Positions 1 through 12,402 are shown, counted from the first letter of the stretch. The stretch is DNA of 64,000 bases from Eutreptiella sp. 'Long Island Sound 2002' (GCA_964036045.1 OZ038378.1:187984001-188048000); one strand, 5' to 3'. Notes: a model not told the origin generated them from the sequence alone. A program made the numbers and translations.

Positions 1-1350
1 GGGCCTCTTTTGGCAGCCTGCCCGAAGGGCCCCTGCCAAAGGGGGGGGAGGGTTGGGAAAGGGGCTCCTTGCCCCCCCCCCCCCCCGGGACATTTATTCC
101 CCCACCCGCCCCCTGTCCGTCACCGCACGGCCAATCCACAGCCTGAACCCGCGGCGCCACCTCTTGAATGTCGGGCACTTGGCGGCACCTTGGCACCTTC
201 TCCACCAGTCATCTGAGGAACCACGCGATCAATCACGTCAACGCGCGCGTCTCGGTACTGATGCATCTTTTCTGGCAACGGACCCCACGATGGACCGGTG
301 ACAGTTGAGCGTTGCAAGGGCGAGGACTTGGCGCGGCGGGCGCGCGGCGCACCTCTGCGGGCCGCGGGGGGCTTTGTTGAGTTCACGGGAGGCCTGGGGG
401 GGATGCGTGTGGTAATGGAGTTGCCACTACGAGTGCGCCTCCGGGGGGTTGGGGGCTGGGATGTCACCGATGTGCAATGCAGTGCGTCAGGAGGTAAACA
501 CAAGTCCGGTCTTCGGGTGTATTGGTCCCTGATTGTTAGCCAAACGTCAACCCGACACCTGCTCCACGGGCCAGCCCGGCGGGAGTGGAAGGAGCGCGGG
601 CACTAATCCGCCCGTTCCGGGGAGCGCCGATGCCAAAGGGGCGTGTGGCGCAGGCACTCCTCCAAAGAGTACTCCCCACGACAATCCCCCGCCTCCCGGA
701 CGATGCGGCCACAGAAGTCGCTGCAGGAGAGATGTGCTTTGCCGCTGCAGGCACTGCACTTCGTTGCGTGACAGTGATGTGCTTGTCATGTACCATTGGA
801 CGGACGCGCTGATGATGAAGGATCCGGGCCCCCATCCCGGGTGCTTGATCTCGCCCTCCCCACTGGCTTGTACATACCCCCTGTATCCCAAACAGGACAG
901 AGATGGCGACGGTTAAAGATGATCCTCAACACTGGCCACACCTGCGGAGGGGGTCCCCCCCCCCCCCCCAAACCCCAACCCTCAGACACTGTTAGTTGGT
1001 GGGGCGGTCACAGCCAAACTGCACGGGGTCCCCCCCCCCCCCCCCCGACAGTCGCACTCCCTTCTTCAGACTGGACTTGGGTTGGCCACTGACCTCCTTA
1101 CGCTGCCCCCGACACTCGTGTCCTCCCGCACGAGCCTCTGAGCCCGAACGAGACTTGGTGGTCGTACTGCGCATTGATCTGGCCCGCCCGCCGACTCCAA
1201 TTCCACCGTCTCTTTGAGGCATAACCCCCCCCCCCCCCCCGCCACCCCCCTGTCCAATGGGCAATGAAGTGGTGGGCGTTCGCAGGACAAATATGGCCAA
1301 TGGGGACCAGGCCATTGCTTCGTGGGCAAAGTACAGAGGGTCAGTTGGCC

Positions 1351-1487
1351 AAAAAAAGTTTGTGTACCTAAAATCGGCCTCAAATTTCCGGCCCGTTTGA
1401 TAAATTTTGTTTTTTGCCGGAACAAAAATTTTCTGATGTTGGTGGGTGGGTGGGTGGGCCGGGGGCTGGCCAGGGCCCCAAACAACC
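1351..1487. repeat. Dispersed short repeat, related to 58166-58302
   Basis: AAAAAAAGTTTGTGTACCTAAAATCGGCCTCAAATTTCCGG...(GGGT)n...GGGGCTGGCCAGGGCCCCAAACAACC occurs at both places with few mismatches. Confidence 0.85.
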
Positions 1488-2638
1488 TCCACCCCCCCCC
1501 CCCCCCCCGAGTCACCAAGCAATGGCCTGATGGGGACGCTGGTGCGCACGCATTGCAAAGTGTTCATACGATCGCATTTACCGAGCCCCTCTTTCAAGCC
1601 TCACTCTGCCCTGGGTATACACCCGTGTCATGGGTTATGGGGAGATGAGGATGCCTCCAGAGCAGATGGTAACAAATATGTTTGGGTGCACTTTTCTGTG
1701 CTTCCGGGAGGTCATGGTTGTCAATACTACGTGGGCAGGCATGTATTAGAACGGCCGTACACCGTAGGACCCCCCCCCCCCCCCCTGGACCCCCCACCTG
1801 CCCTTCCAATGTTTGAGGCGGACGGCCAAAATTTTGCTTCGACGCCTTTGGCGCCAGGAGGATTTAAGCTGAAAAGTTTTGGGCCTGCCTTCGGCGGGGA
1901 CCATAGGGGGACCCAAGGAGGAGGGGTGTCCCAGCCACCCCCCCCCCCCCCCCTTTCAGAACCCCCCTTCCCACCTTCTAATACATCCCTGCACGTGGGT
2001 TCCGGCAACAAATGTGCATGCAGTACGCATGCAGTACGGACGTAGTGCTTAGTCGTCCCCAATGAATCACCAACAGATTTGGGGGGTGCGGGATAGGGGC
2101 ACGCTTCTGGCCTCCCGCTCCCGGGCAGGGGATGTTGTGATTGCGGCCGCATCGCGCGCTCACCAGAGATGCCATTAGAAGGGGTCAGGTTTCTGAATAG
2201 GGTCTGGCTGTCTGCCACTCACTCGCGCATCGAGCGTGGCAGATGCAGTAACAGTTGCATGGACCCTGGCAAGAACAGAGTGGGTGTCGAGAACAGAGCC
2301 TGGATGGACGAACCCCCCCCCCCCTCCCCCTCCCATGGCCCACCTACACCTTTACTTAGCTCACCTTAATGCCCCCCCCCCCCCCCCCCCGCCCATGGTT
2401 TTTGCCCCAAACGCATCTGGTATCTGCCATCCGAATCATTTTTTGGGGGGCTGGGGGAGGGGGTTTGGGGTGATTCAGACAGATAGCAGTGCCCTACAGA
2501 CCCAAGGTACAGCCCACGAAAAGTACAGCACTGCCCCGGCTGTCCCATTGCTGTCGTTGGGTGCATCTGAGGAGGATGTGCGACAAACTGAAGGACGTGT
2601 AAGAGGGGGGCTCTGACAGGACCGCCCCCCCATCCCAG

Positions 2639-2662
2639 ACGTACCGCGACCTCATGAAGTAG
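2639..2662 (+). CDS. Possible terminal micro-exon (TYRDLMK*) of a gene starting upstream
   Basis: A C-rich tract + CCCAG precedes ACG TAC CGC GAC CTC ATG AAG TAG, with the GC3-rich codon style of the real genes in this window. It is too short to verify. Confidence 0.2.
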   Translation, partial: TYRDLMK

Positions 2663-5600
2663 GGGCCTGCGGTCACAGTTGGCTGCCGCCCGGGCTCTCC
2701 ACACGCTGGCGGGCTCCCTGTGTCACAGTGATGTTAATGAATCCGGGTATTGTACCATTGCACTGGCGGTGTCCATACCGGCTGCATTTCACGTCGTCTT
2801 TGCACTCGAAGCCCAAATTGGTCTTCACCGAACCGACGGCTACAACAAAACAACAACAACACCGCACATGTCCCCAGCTGTATCAGAATGAATCAATGGA
2901 AACAATCATGAGCAGCAGGGCCATCAAGCATCCTAAGCCTCGGACGACAACAGAATCCTACCACAGACCCGGATATGTTGGATCCCTTTCAGCTAAAGTA
3001 TGACTCAACCGTGGCACACCAGAGCTGGGTGGTACGGGGATGAGGATAAGGGACCTGGCACATGAGCAACTGGCACATCTGAGTGGAGCCAGAAGAACCT
3101 GATTTCTGCAGCAGTGAGGACTGACCTCAAGCATCCCAAATCCCTAACCAGGTCCATTCCTTCCCTTGACTTGTTGCACCGAAACGTCCTTTTGGCACTG
3201 GCCCCCATTGGGGGACGGTGAGTGGATTGATCTTTGTGCTGTGGTTGTGTTGCTGAGTCAAGGTGGGGCTGGAGTGCATGGTCGTCAGAGCAGGCTATTG
3301 GATCACACAACCCACTGTGAACACGGGATTAACCATGGTGGTGCTGGCAAGGACAGTTCAAGGGGAGCGGAGGGGACTCTCAGTCCAACATACAGCCAGT
3401 AGGCTTCATTTGGAACAGCAATTGCACACGTATCCCCTCATTTTGTCCATGCCACACTGAGTGATTCTGCAGGGTGATGACCATCGTCGCTTTATGGCCA
3501 AGCCGTGCTGAGTTGTGTATTGAGGATAGTGATATGGGCAAGTATCAATGGGGGTACAGCAGACTGTAGCACGGATGTCAGTGATAGTTGGTGTCTGATA
3601 GTGAGGAAGGGGTGATGAAAAAGCTCAGAAACAGCTTGCAGGGGCCCAGGGGCACCGAATGTGGACAATATCAAGGTAATTTTGGTTTTCTGAATGGTGA
3701 CAACCATCGCCTTTCTTATGGCCAAGCCACGACAAAACGTGCACACCTTCCCGTTGGCATCGGCTTACTTGGGCCCCATCTTCTTTGCTCATATGTGCAG
3801 GGGAGACTAGGGACAGACACGGGAAGTTGAGAACTAGACACCCATCCAAACCACATCACCCCTCACGACAACACCATCCGCAGTAGGTGGTTTTCAATGC
3901 TTGCTTGATCAAAATGAACACGGAAATTTGGAATCTAAGTGGGCCACAAACGGACATAGTGGAGCCCAAGATTGTGGGCCTATTACCCTGAGACAAGGAT
4001 GGCATGTGGTCTTTTTGACTTCTGATACTTGATATGACAAGGGTTATGCAACCATGTGAAAGCATATGCTTGTATTCTGGTTCATGTAGGCTACCTTTTT
4101 GGGGTGTGTCCTTTTGGGGGCCGTTTCCTAGTAACCACGTCAAAAGTGGCATGCCATGCATGCATAGAAATGACACTCCCTCTAAGGAAGCGCTCTGCGA
4201 GCAACTATGAGAACCCCAAACGGTTTGCAAGTAACCCCTCAGTGTTAGCCACATTACAGTGGTTAATCATCATTCACCATTTTCTCGATACATGGCGCAC
4301 TACCTTTTCTTTCGCAACTAGCATTCTTTCTTGCGCTCTGGTAGCACAGTGGGTGCAATGGGCCTAGTAGTTCCTGCAACCTGTCCTTGTATCAAATTCA
4401 GTTCATCCTCACTGTGTGTGATGTTTTCGCTATTAGGTTATTTTGTGATACAAGTGTAGCATTGCGTAGCTCTGATCGTTGACTCCTATAAGAGTGGTCC
4501 GCCAACTTTCCTAGGTCTAGAACCCTTTCTTCTGAGAAAAAAAAACAAGTCAATGAGCAAATATTTTTCAGTTTGTTCGGTTGATCGCAATTCTTTTCTT
4601 GTTCTTTCCCTTTACGTCAACAATTTTGGTCTTGCACTTTGGATTTTTGCCCCCTCTACATGGGGTGCTGCCTGTGCAATATGCGCGCGGTACAAGTATT
4701 TGGGTGTTAGGGCGGCCTGAGCACCCATTGTTTGAGTCAGTTGTGAGACAAAGTCCCAATTTGTTCGCCAACTACCACTCAAAGATGGTTGCCAATGTGG
4801 TGTTGCATGTTTCCATCCAATGAGGGATGGTGTGGGGTGGTTGCTTTCCCTGTTCCACTATCACCTATTGCATGCAATCACTATCTGTCCTCTGATGGGG
4901 GGCACTTTGTGCACCATGCACGCCTTGTAAAAGCTAGTGTGTATTGATGTGATTGTCCCACATTCCTCCCCACTTCCCCTACCTCATCTTACCCATTTCT
5001 TTCATTGCATAAACCATCTCAAACATTAATTGAATGACCTCTTCAGGCCAGCGACGACTGAATGTTATCTCATGCACCCTAGTAGAGTAGCCATGAGGAC
5101 ACACACGAAACAAGATGCACCCAGTAACACAGAAGGGAGGAAGGGGGCCAAGCATTGACTGCCTCGTGAGCAGTGGACACTATGGCCTCTACACCCGTAG
5201 ACTCAGCCACAGGCTACACCCGAGTTGCATTTTTAGGTTGCATACGGCCTTGACTTCGTCAAAATTGAACGTTTGACACGGGCTCTACCTGATTTGCATG
5301 GACATAGATATTGATCTGGCCCTGTTCCAACACAAGCAACGTGAAAGCAATGGGCTCATGCTTCACCTCATACACATGGAATGCACTTACCACGCTTGTT
5401 TTGTATGAATAGAGTCCATTTGAATATCACAGATGAAAGGCGCAACCAGGCAGCCTGAATTACTGGGAGTTGATACCTTCAGTAAGGGCTGAAATTGTCT
5501 ACTGTACAGGTATTCAATCAATCGTTGCTGACCACCAATCCCATAGCAGGTGTCTTTCACACATGCTGGTTTGCCCTCCACTTCAATGTTGTGGCTGATC

Positions 5601-5749
5601 AGCGGGCAGCTTCCTCTGTAGTATCACTTGAAGAATAGTGTCCCCTCTCTTTGTGAGGGGTCGGCCCATCTTAAAGGTACTACATGACTCTGGTCTTGCA
5701 CCACTGTGGAACAGATACCTCAACTAGAGAACTCACTTTCACAGCCGAT

Positions 5750-6850
5750 AGGTTGTGTCTCTGGAATACAAAAATATTTACTTTCTGCTTCATCATGGCA
5801 GGTGTCTTTAAAGATGTTGCTCCGATGGGTTGAAGAATCTCTACAATGGATTCTTTTCATGTTTTTGCATGTTGTGCCACAACCCATGGATATTGGGATG
5901 CAAACCTATGAGGAATGTGGGTGTGACAGCAGCACGTGCACGAGAACCACAACAATAGGGTGCATGCATGGGCTTCTTCATACTTGTGCATTGGGTTTGG
6001 GAACTACTTGGGCACCTGGACTTAGTCTTGTTGTGGGCTTCGTGGGGGGCGAGTTTTGTGGGCATTTGGAAGGGGGGGCAATTTGGAGGCTTTTGGGCGG
6101 AAAGTATGTTCCAAAAGTAGCTCGCAGTGCAAGGATTCTCCCACAGAAAAGGCAACAGAAAGTTGCCCCACATTTTCAAATGTGCCTTCCCTGCCCACAT
6201 GTCCTCCCCCGTTCTGTTGGATCTGCAGCCCCTAGTAAGGGAGTAAGGGTGCAGTGTGCCTGCGAAGCGGCCAGCCCGCATGGTGCATGGTGGAGCAAGT
6301 GCTTGTAACACACCTACCGCACAGTCAGAGCAACACTGAGGTCTTCCTCCATGAAAGACAACCAGTCAAACCCAATGCATATCTCTCTGGGACGGTGGGG
6401 AACATGCCAACACGGAGCGTTTTCAGGGGTCGGTGCAGTTGTTGCCTGATTTGTGCTCACTGAGTGTCCCGTAGGTAGGAGTATGTCGGGTATATTCGGA
6501 AAGCCCTTGAAAAGGGCTTTTCGGAGATGTATGGGTTAGGGGGGGGGGTCCGGAACCATACCCCTACCCCCATTATTCCAACATATGGGCATATGAGGGT
6601 CACGTCATTCAGGTGGATTTGTTGCATTTGATGAGTAGAAGACATGTGCAACATGGGTCCCCTCAAGACCCCAATATGTTGAAGACTTTGACCAATAACT
6701 ACGGTGATGCCTGGTGCAACTTGCAGCATCAAGCTCACCAGAGTGCAAGAAATCAAAGATGGCAGAATTTCTCAAACAGGCTGTCAAGTTGGGACATGAG
6801 ACCACAATATTTGGATTCAGCACGTCAAAATGCATCCATTTACCTCATTT
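5750..6850 (+). pseudogene. Highly decayed non-LTR (LINE-like) reverse transcriptase remnant
   Basis: Frameshifted fragments occur in the expected RT order: QGFSHRK (~6130, cf. QxGFR), GVR..LPPLF (~6546-6580, cf. GVRQGxPLSPLLF), GFVAFDE* (~6612-6637, cf. FADD). Many stops and indels. Confidence 0.4.
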
Positions 6851-7367
6851 CACTTTGCTCCAACTCCACAATATGTCAGAGCACCCAGGGGAAAACCTGT
6901 GAGTTGGTGTCCCGCACGCGTGAGCGGAGCAGGCTGAGGCCCAAAAACCCTGAAACGCCGAAAAGTTCGGCCTCGGTACTCAAAAATATGGTCACCTATC
7001 CCCCCCCAACCCATACATTTCTGAAACGGCCTTTTCTCACAGATTTCAAAAAGCATTCACATACCCCCCCCCCCCCCCCCAAGGTAACGACATTTTGGTG
7101 CATTGGACTAAAAGTTGAGAAAAACCGGGAAAAATGTGAATTTGCTCCGTGTTGGCATAAACCGAATGTCCCAGAGAGATATGGGTTGTGCCTGTGTGTT
7201 GATGCGTACACTTGTTGGGGCAAGACTTGTGTATGACGCTCAGTAGATGCCACATTTGTGCACTTTGAACACGGGGATTTGGTGTTCTGTCGTACTCCGT
7301 AGGGATGGTTTTGGGGTTGATTTCGCTGGTGGGGTCGCAGGGTTTTATTCTAGTTCCTCGCCAAATG

Positions 7368-7382
7368 TTTTTTTTTTTGCAG
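7368..7382 (+). promoter_or_regulatory. Splice acceptor (T11-GCAG) 3 nt upstream of ATG; candidate spliced-leader trans-splice site
   Basis: TTTTTTTTTTTGCAG|GACATG. Cis versus trans splicing cannot be resolved from DNA alone. Confidence 0.6.
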
Positions 7383-7385
7383 GAC

Positions 7386-9014
7386 ATGGCAGTCCGCTAC
7401 TGGAACTTAGTGCTCCTTCTGTTTGCTGTGACCTCCAGTGGCCATGCACCCGTGCGGCTGGATCCTGCCACCAACGTTTTGCATGGCAAGTTGGAGGTGC
7501 GGTGCACAGTGTCGGACTGCCCGAGGATGGCACAAATGCATGGGACCAAAGCGGTCACGGCGCAGCGCCGAACGCTGGTTCGGGGGAGCTTTTGGGCGGA
7601 CCCATTGCGCTCTGCAGTGCACGCACACCCAATCCCCAAGGCCCAACGAACACTTCCGTCACCGATACATTCGATCGCTGTTCTGCTGGATTGGCTGCTG
7701 CTTGTGGCTGGTCTGAGCGTCGTTGCTTTGCTGGCACGCCGCCTTCGGAGGCGGCGTGCTGTGGAGGCCGACGGCATGGCTTTCTATTGTGACGTTGAGG
7801 CCGAGCAGGGGCTCCTTGCCCTCGACGCCAGCCCGATTGCCCTTTTTGCTGCCTCTGGAAACCCGTCGCCTGATGCACATGGCAAAGGCAAGGGGCAGGG
7901 CAAGGGGCAGGGCAAGGGGCGGGGCAAGGGGCGGGGCAAGGGGCAGGGCAAGGGCAGGCGGAAGGGGCAGGGGCAGGGAAGAGGCGGCCGTGGCGTGGCT
8001 GTGGAGAAGAAGGTGGACGGGCCCATTTCCTCTGGAGCCCTCAGAACCCTCAACAGAGAGATCACGGCGGTGCAGGGCTTCTTTCACAACTACTTCCCGG
8101 TCCGCAAGGGAGGGTTCCCCATGACGTCCGGCAACCGGGACGACCGCAGTCAAGTCCTCGCTCTCGATATCGAGACGTTGCGCGTGGAGGGCAATGACCG
8201 CTGCCCGTCCCGTGTGTCGCTGGTGTCGTTGACAGGAGGCGTGCTTCTGGATGAGTTCGTGCAGCCCCCGGCCCCGGTCGTGCAGTACGGGCTGCTCAGT
8301 GGCATCACAGAGGAGCAGGTCATGGGGGCCGAGCTGACGCTGGTGGAGGTGCAGGAGAGGGTGCGGCAGCTGGTGAGCAGGGACGATTGGCTGGTGGGCC
8401 ACGCGCTCCACTGGGACCTGCAGTACATCGAACTCCAGCACCCCATCAAGAAGGTCATCGACACGGACCACCTCTTCCGCCTCCCGTCCATCCCGGGCCG
8501 CTCCTTCCCGCTGAGGGACGTCCACGAGACTGTGCTGGGGCAGTCCATCGACGCGCACGACAGCGTGTGTGACGCCGAGGCGTGTCTGGCATTGCTCTTG
8601 GATGTGGCCGACAAGCAGTCGGCTGGTGCCCGAGGCCCTTGGCTGCCGGACCTGCCTCCCGTGGCCGGCCGCACGCTCTACGTCGGGGGGATTCCGCTGG
8701 GCGCCGAGGCTGACGTCGTTACGTCCCTGCTCCCAGCGGACGTGCCGTTCCGGTTGCTATATCCTGGGCTGCCCCCGGATGTCGAAAGTGACCTCGATCC
8801 CCTCCGCTTTGATCCGGGGAAGCAGAAGGGCAGGACACGGGTTCTCTTCCAGTGCCGGGAGCATGCGTGGCGAGCCTTCAAACAGCTCCCGGAGGGAGAT
8901 GGCCTGTCTTACAGTGCGTTCTCTGGCGACTGCAGCCGCTCCATCCCGCTGGGCTCGGACCCGGACAACGTGCTGAGGTTCACAATCATAAGCCTGCACC
9001 CCCCAAAGTTGTAG
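7386..9014 (+). CDS. DEDDh 3'-5' exoribonuclease (REXO1/SDN-like) with C-terminal RRM-like domain and tripartite N-terminal targeting leader, 542 aa, intronless
   Basis: ExoI LALDIET, ExoII LVGHALHWDL, ExoIII HDSVCDAEA. RRM-like TLYVGGIP...KGRTRVLF..REHAWRAFKQL. N-terminal hydrophobic signal, second TM helix (aa 97-117) followed by RRLRRRR, and GKG repeats at aa 166-203. The ATG at 7386 is preferred over the track start at 7305. Confidence 0.88.
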   Translation: MAVRYWNLVLLLFAVTSSGHAPVRLDPATNVLHGKLEVRCTVSDCPRMAQMHGTKAVTAQRRTLVRGSFWADPLRSAVHAHPIPKAQRTLPSPIHSIAVLLDWLLLVAGLSVVALLARRLRRRRAVEADGMAFYCDVEAEQGLLALDASPIALFAASGNPSPDAHGKGKGQGKGQGKGRGKGRGKGQGKGRRKGQGQGRGGRGVAVEKKVDGPISSGALRTLNREITAVQGFFHNYFPVRKGGFPMTSGNRDDRSQVLALDIETLRVEGNDRCPSRVSLVSLTGGVLLDEFVQPPAPVVQYGLLSGITEEQVMGAELTLVEVQERVRQLVSRDDWLVGHALHWDLQYIELQHPIKKVIDTDHLFRLPSIPGRSFPLRDVHETVLGQSIDAHDSVCDAEACLALLLDVADKQSAGARGPWLPDLPPVAGRTLYVGGIPLGAEADVVTSLLPADVPFRLLYPGLPPDVESDLDPLRFDPGKQKGRTRVLFQCREHAWRAFKQLPEGDGLSYSAFSGDCSRSIPLGSDPDNVLRFTIISLHPPKL

Positions 9015-10654
9015 GACCGCACCTCTGAGGAAAGGAGGGGGCTTGTGCAGATCGGCAGCGGGGAATTGGGTCCTCTGGGGAGCTGCTGTGCCATGTTGGG
9101 TTTTGGCAGACACATCTTTAAGCGGATCCGGCTCTGTCTGCCCACACCACACGCTCTGTTCCCTTGAGTTTGTGCTGCGGTAACGGAGGACAGCAGTTTG
9201 TGTGTACAAACTGTTTTTCAGCAAACGTTCAAGGAAAACTGACTTGGATTTTTGTACAAAAATTGTTGTACTACATTTTGCGAAGTTTTACCAAATGCCC
9301 GTACCCCATTCCCTGCTCCCCTGGTCCATAAACACACCTCAACACACCTCATGCCCTGCAGCTTCTGTCCACACCACATGCCCCGGTGTTTTGGGACCAC
9401 GACAAGGATACAATCTGTCCTTCAAGAAACGCTCTTTTTCTTGGTGACGGGCAGCACCTCCAATTGCTGCAGGCGTGTGTGTGTGGTACTGCCAGCTGGT
9501 TCACTGTCCTGAGGTGGTGCAACCCCTCGCTTTTGTCTTGGCCCCTTTGAAACCAAATCCCTCAGTGGTATCTAGGCTACATTTCTGCACAGGAGAGGGA
9601 TGTCAGTACAAATTTGGAGATTATCTTTTAAAATGGGGGTAAACTTGGGGTGAGTCCCGGAGCTTCGTGGCCGCATCCAACACAGACTGCTGCTGCAGGG
9701 GTGCACAGGTTTGCTTCGTGGCCAGGCAAATGGTCAGGCAAACAGGGAAATGAGCAGTGCCAGCCAAGGTACTAGTGAAAGGTCGGTTGGCAAGGCAAAC
9801 AATCAGTTGGCCGATGAACGTCCATTGGTTCGGGTGACAGCCCCATCCCTCGGGGTCCCGGTCCGTCCATCTCCTTCACAATACGGGCCTCAACAAGCAT
9901 GTCAGCTTGCTTTGCAATCCCTGCTGACAGATTTCGTTGCAGCAGAGCTTAGCGATGGAACGGGCTGGGCTGATGTGAGGAGGACAACACGCAGGAACTA
10001 ATTGGCTTGAGCTGACAGTCATCCTGTCTACTTCAGCATTACCGGCAGCCTATTCCAAGAGCAGGAGGTTGGGTATTTCCTCACCCACCCCTGCCCGCCA
10101 AAATTGGGTTTGGGATGCACTGACTTTGCTCAGTTTAACTGATGCTAGACCAAAAAATGCTTTTGATTGTTGATACAGCCTGTACCACACACCCCCAATC
10201 ACAATGTCAATCCATTGCCACTCACTGCTGCTTGCATGCAGTGGTGCTGAGCAGAAAATCAGGAGACAGAAATCTTGAGCCTCCTAAGGAAACACCCTTG
10301 TCGTTGACCGACGTACAACGCAACATGTGTGTCACCGCCGCTTACATGCACGTGTATCATGTGGGAGCAAGAAGTGCAACAAGTGGCCATGGTCATGGCA
10401 CAAATGTCGCCAAAATTTGTCCAGCTGTGCCATGCAGCCCAATGTTACATCAGGGTGAAATCTCAATACCATTGAAAAATGCAGCTCTTGCCCTCAAAGT
10501 GCCCCACTGTGTAACAAAGCACACAGATGTTTGCACAGAAATTGTCCTAGAAACCACTGATAGCGAGAAGGGGGTGCAAAAAGAGGAACCTCGCCCCCAT
10601 GCCCGCAGGGTGTGGACTCTACAGGCACAGCATACTGTATACAGCATTCCATAA

Positions 10655-10855
10655 CTGTTGTAAGACGGGGCGTCTTACAAAATCTAAGACACATGTAAGA
10701 CGCATGTAAGACGCATGTAAGACGGATGTAAGACGGATGTAAGACGCATGTAAGACGGATGTAAGACGCATGTAAGATGCCCCGTCTTAGATTATCTAAG
10801 ACGGGGCGTCTTAGATTATCTAAGACGCCCCGTCTTAGATTTTCTAAGACGGGGC
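10655..10855. repeat. Left TIR plus subterminal array of 11-bp (GTAAGACG[C/G]AT) and 24-bp palindromic (TAAGAC-N5-GTCTTAGATT[T/A]TC) units
   Basis: Read directly from the sequence. Confidence 0.95.
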
Positions 10856-11234
10856 TTCTGGTACTTGGAATGTGTATTGCAGTGTGTGATGGATTGAACG
10901 AATAATCCAATAGTAATAGAATGAAAAATATGAAAAAGAGAGGTGTGTAGGACGGGTTGGTCATATAGATCTAATACCATGCAAATCCTAAAGATTTGCG
11001 TAAATAATCAATTCCCGGCACAAGGTGTTATTGTCCGCAAAAAAAATGTGTAAAAAATTAATTATTGGCTTCATGCCTTACGCAAAAATGGGTTCCCGGA
11101 AAAAAAAACGTAAAAATGAAATATTTTTTTCTGCTGCCCCCCTTTTTGCAAGAATGCCAGAATCGTGGGAGAGTTTGCCCCACTGCTTGTTGTCCCCCTC
11201 TTCCGTGTCTCATGCCCCATTCTGCACGTTGCGC

Positions 11235-11366
11235 CCAATCCAATCCCATCCAATCCAATCCCATCCAATCCAATCCCATCCAATCCAATCCAATCCAACC
11301 CATCCAATCCAATCCCATCCAATCCAATCCCATCCAATCCAATCCAATCCAATCCAATCCAAATCC
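11235..11366. repeat. (CCAAT/CCCAT)n 5-bp microsatellite inside the KDZ element
   Basis: About 130 bp of CCAATCCAATCCCAT reiterations. Confidence 0.95.
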
Positions 11367-11557
11367 TTAACCGGGCCCTCTTCTGCGAAGGTGGTTGCAA
11401 ACAGGGAAGGTTAGGGAAGGTATGCCTGTTTTTCTCTTGTAGGTTTCGTTTGGCGAGAGCGAACCGTTTATGTGATCAGCAGTAGTTTATTGCAGCGAAA
11501 GTGAAAATCGGACGCAGTATGAAAACAAACGCAAATAAGGTTGGTTTAACAAAAATA

Positions 11558-11805
11558 CTCTCCCTTCCAAAAACCGGGCAAGCGACCTGGGGCCTAGCCA
11601 CAGGGTGGCAGGTGACTGTCAAGCAAGATATTGCTTTGTGGTAAGTAGGATATCGTGCTCTCCCTTTCAAAAACCGGGCAAGCGACCTGGGGCCTAGCCA
11701 CAGGGTGGCAGGTGACAGTCAAACAAGATATTGGTTTGTGGTAAGTAGGATATGCTCTCCCCTCCCAACCCTGGGCGACAGACCTGGGGCCCAGCCACTG
11801 GGTGG
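11558..11805. repeat. ~100-bp tandem repeat, about 2.5 copies
   Basis: CTCTCCCTT..AAAAACCGGGCAAGCGACCTGGGGCCTAGCCACAGGGTGGCAGGTGAC.. starts at 11558, 11658 and (diverged) 11755. Confidence 0.9.
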
Positions 11806-12402
11806 CGGGTATGCGGCCTATCGTGTTTGAGGAATGGATGCAACTCGCCGGTGCCACGTGGTGCTGACGAGTTGCCGGTATGGTAAAAAGCAGAAACCTG
11901 CCGGGCGAGGGTTTCGGCTGGGAGGGAAAAACAGCCCAATCCACCAAACCAAGGACGGTCGGCTCATCCCCCCACATAGGCAACAGCCCCCGTGGGCCTT
12001 GTGGTCCCCGTGTGGCTTCACAATCATGGTCCGGCCACGGCGCTTGCAGGGGTTGAGCGTGGGCTCTCCCTGTAGGTGGTCGCGAAAGCACACCCCCCAG
12101 ACCCCAGGCAAAGGCCTATGGCAGATTCCAAAGGGGATCCACCCTTACTCCGTCTCTCGTGGCGGTTGGGTGAGCGGGGCGTCGTGGTGTCGTGCGGCCA
12201 CTACTGAACAGGACAACAAAACTCATAGCACCGCTCATCAGGTGCACAGACAACGAGCTGGGAGACCTGGGTGACGGGGTACAGAACGTTGACGAGGTAT
12301 AGTGACAGAGCAGCACTAGTAAAGATAGGTAGGTGTAGCAGCAAATGTTTTGTTTACTGTTGTTTACTGCTATTTTAGCGCGGCAATTTTCAGCCTAGAA
12401 GC

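Larger units (their letters stand above)
7275..10656 (+). repeat. Segmental direct duplication, copy A (partner 20309-23681)
   Basis: Starts GGATTTGGTGTTCTGTCG and ends CATTCCATAACT. I found about 7 differences from copy A' (4 substitutions, one 9-bp indel, two 1-bp indels). Confidence 0.97.

Noticed and set aside
7659-8558. 299-aa minus-strand ORF (and its twin 20694-21593, plus other overlapping ORFs)
   Set aside because: These are shadows of GC3-rich coding sequence on the opposite strand or frame, with no recognisable domains.
11235-11366. Telomeric or collagen/ice-nucleation-like coding repeat (SNPIQ/GLDWI ORFs)
   Set aside because: A 5-bp microsatellite without stop codons creates these ORFs, and the unit is not TTAGGG-like.
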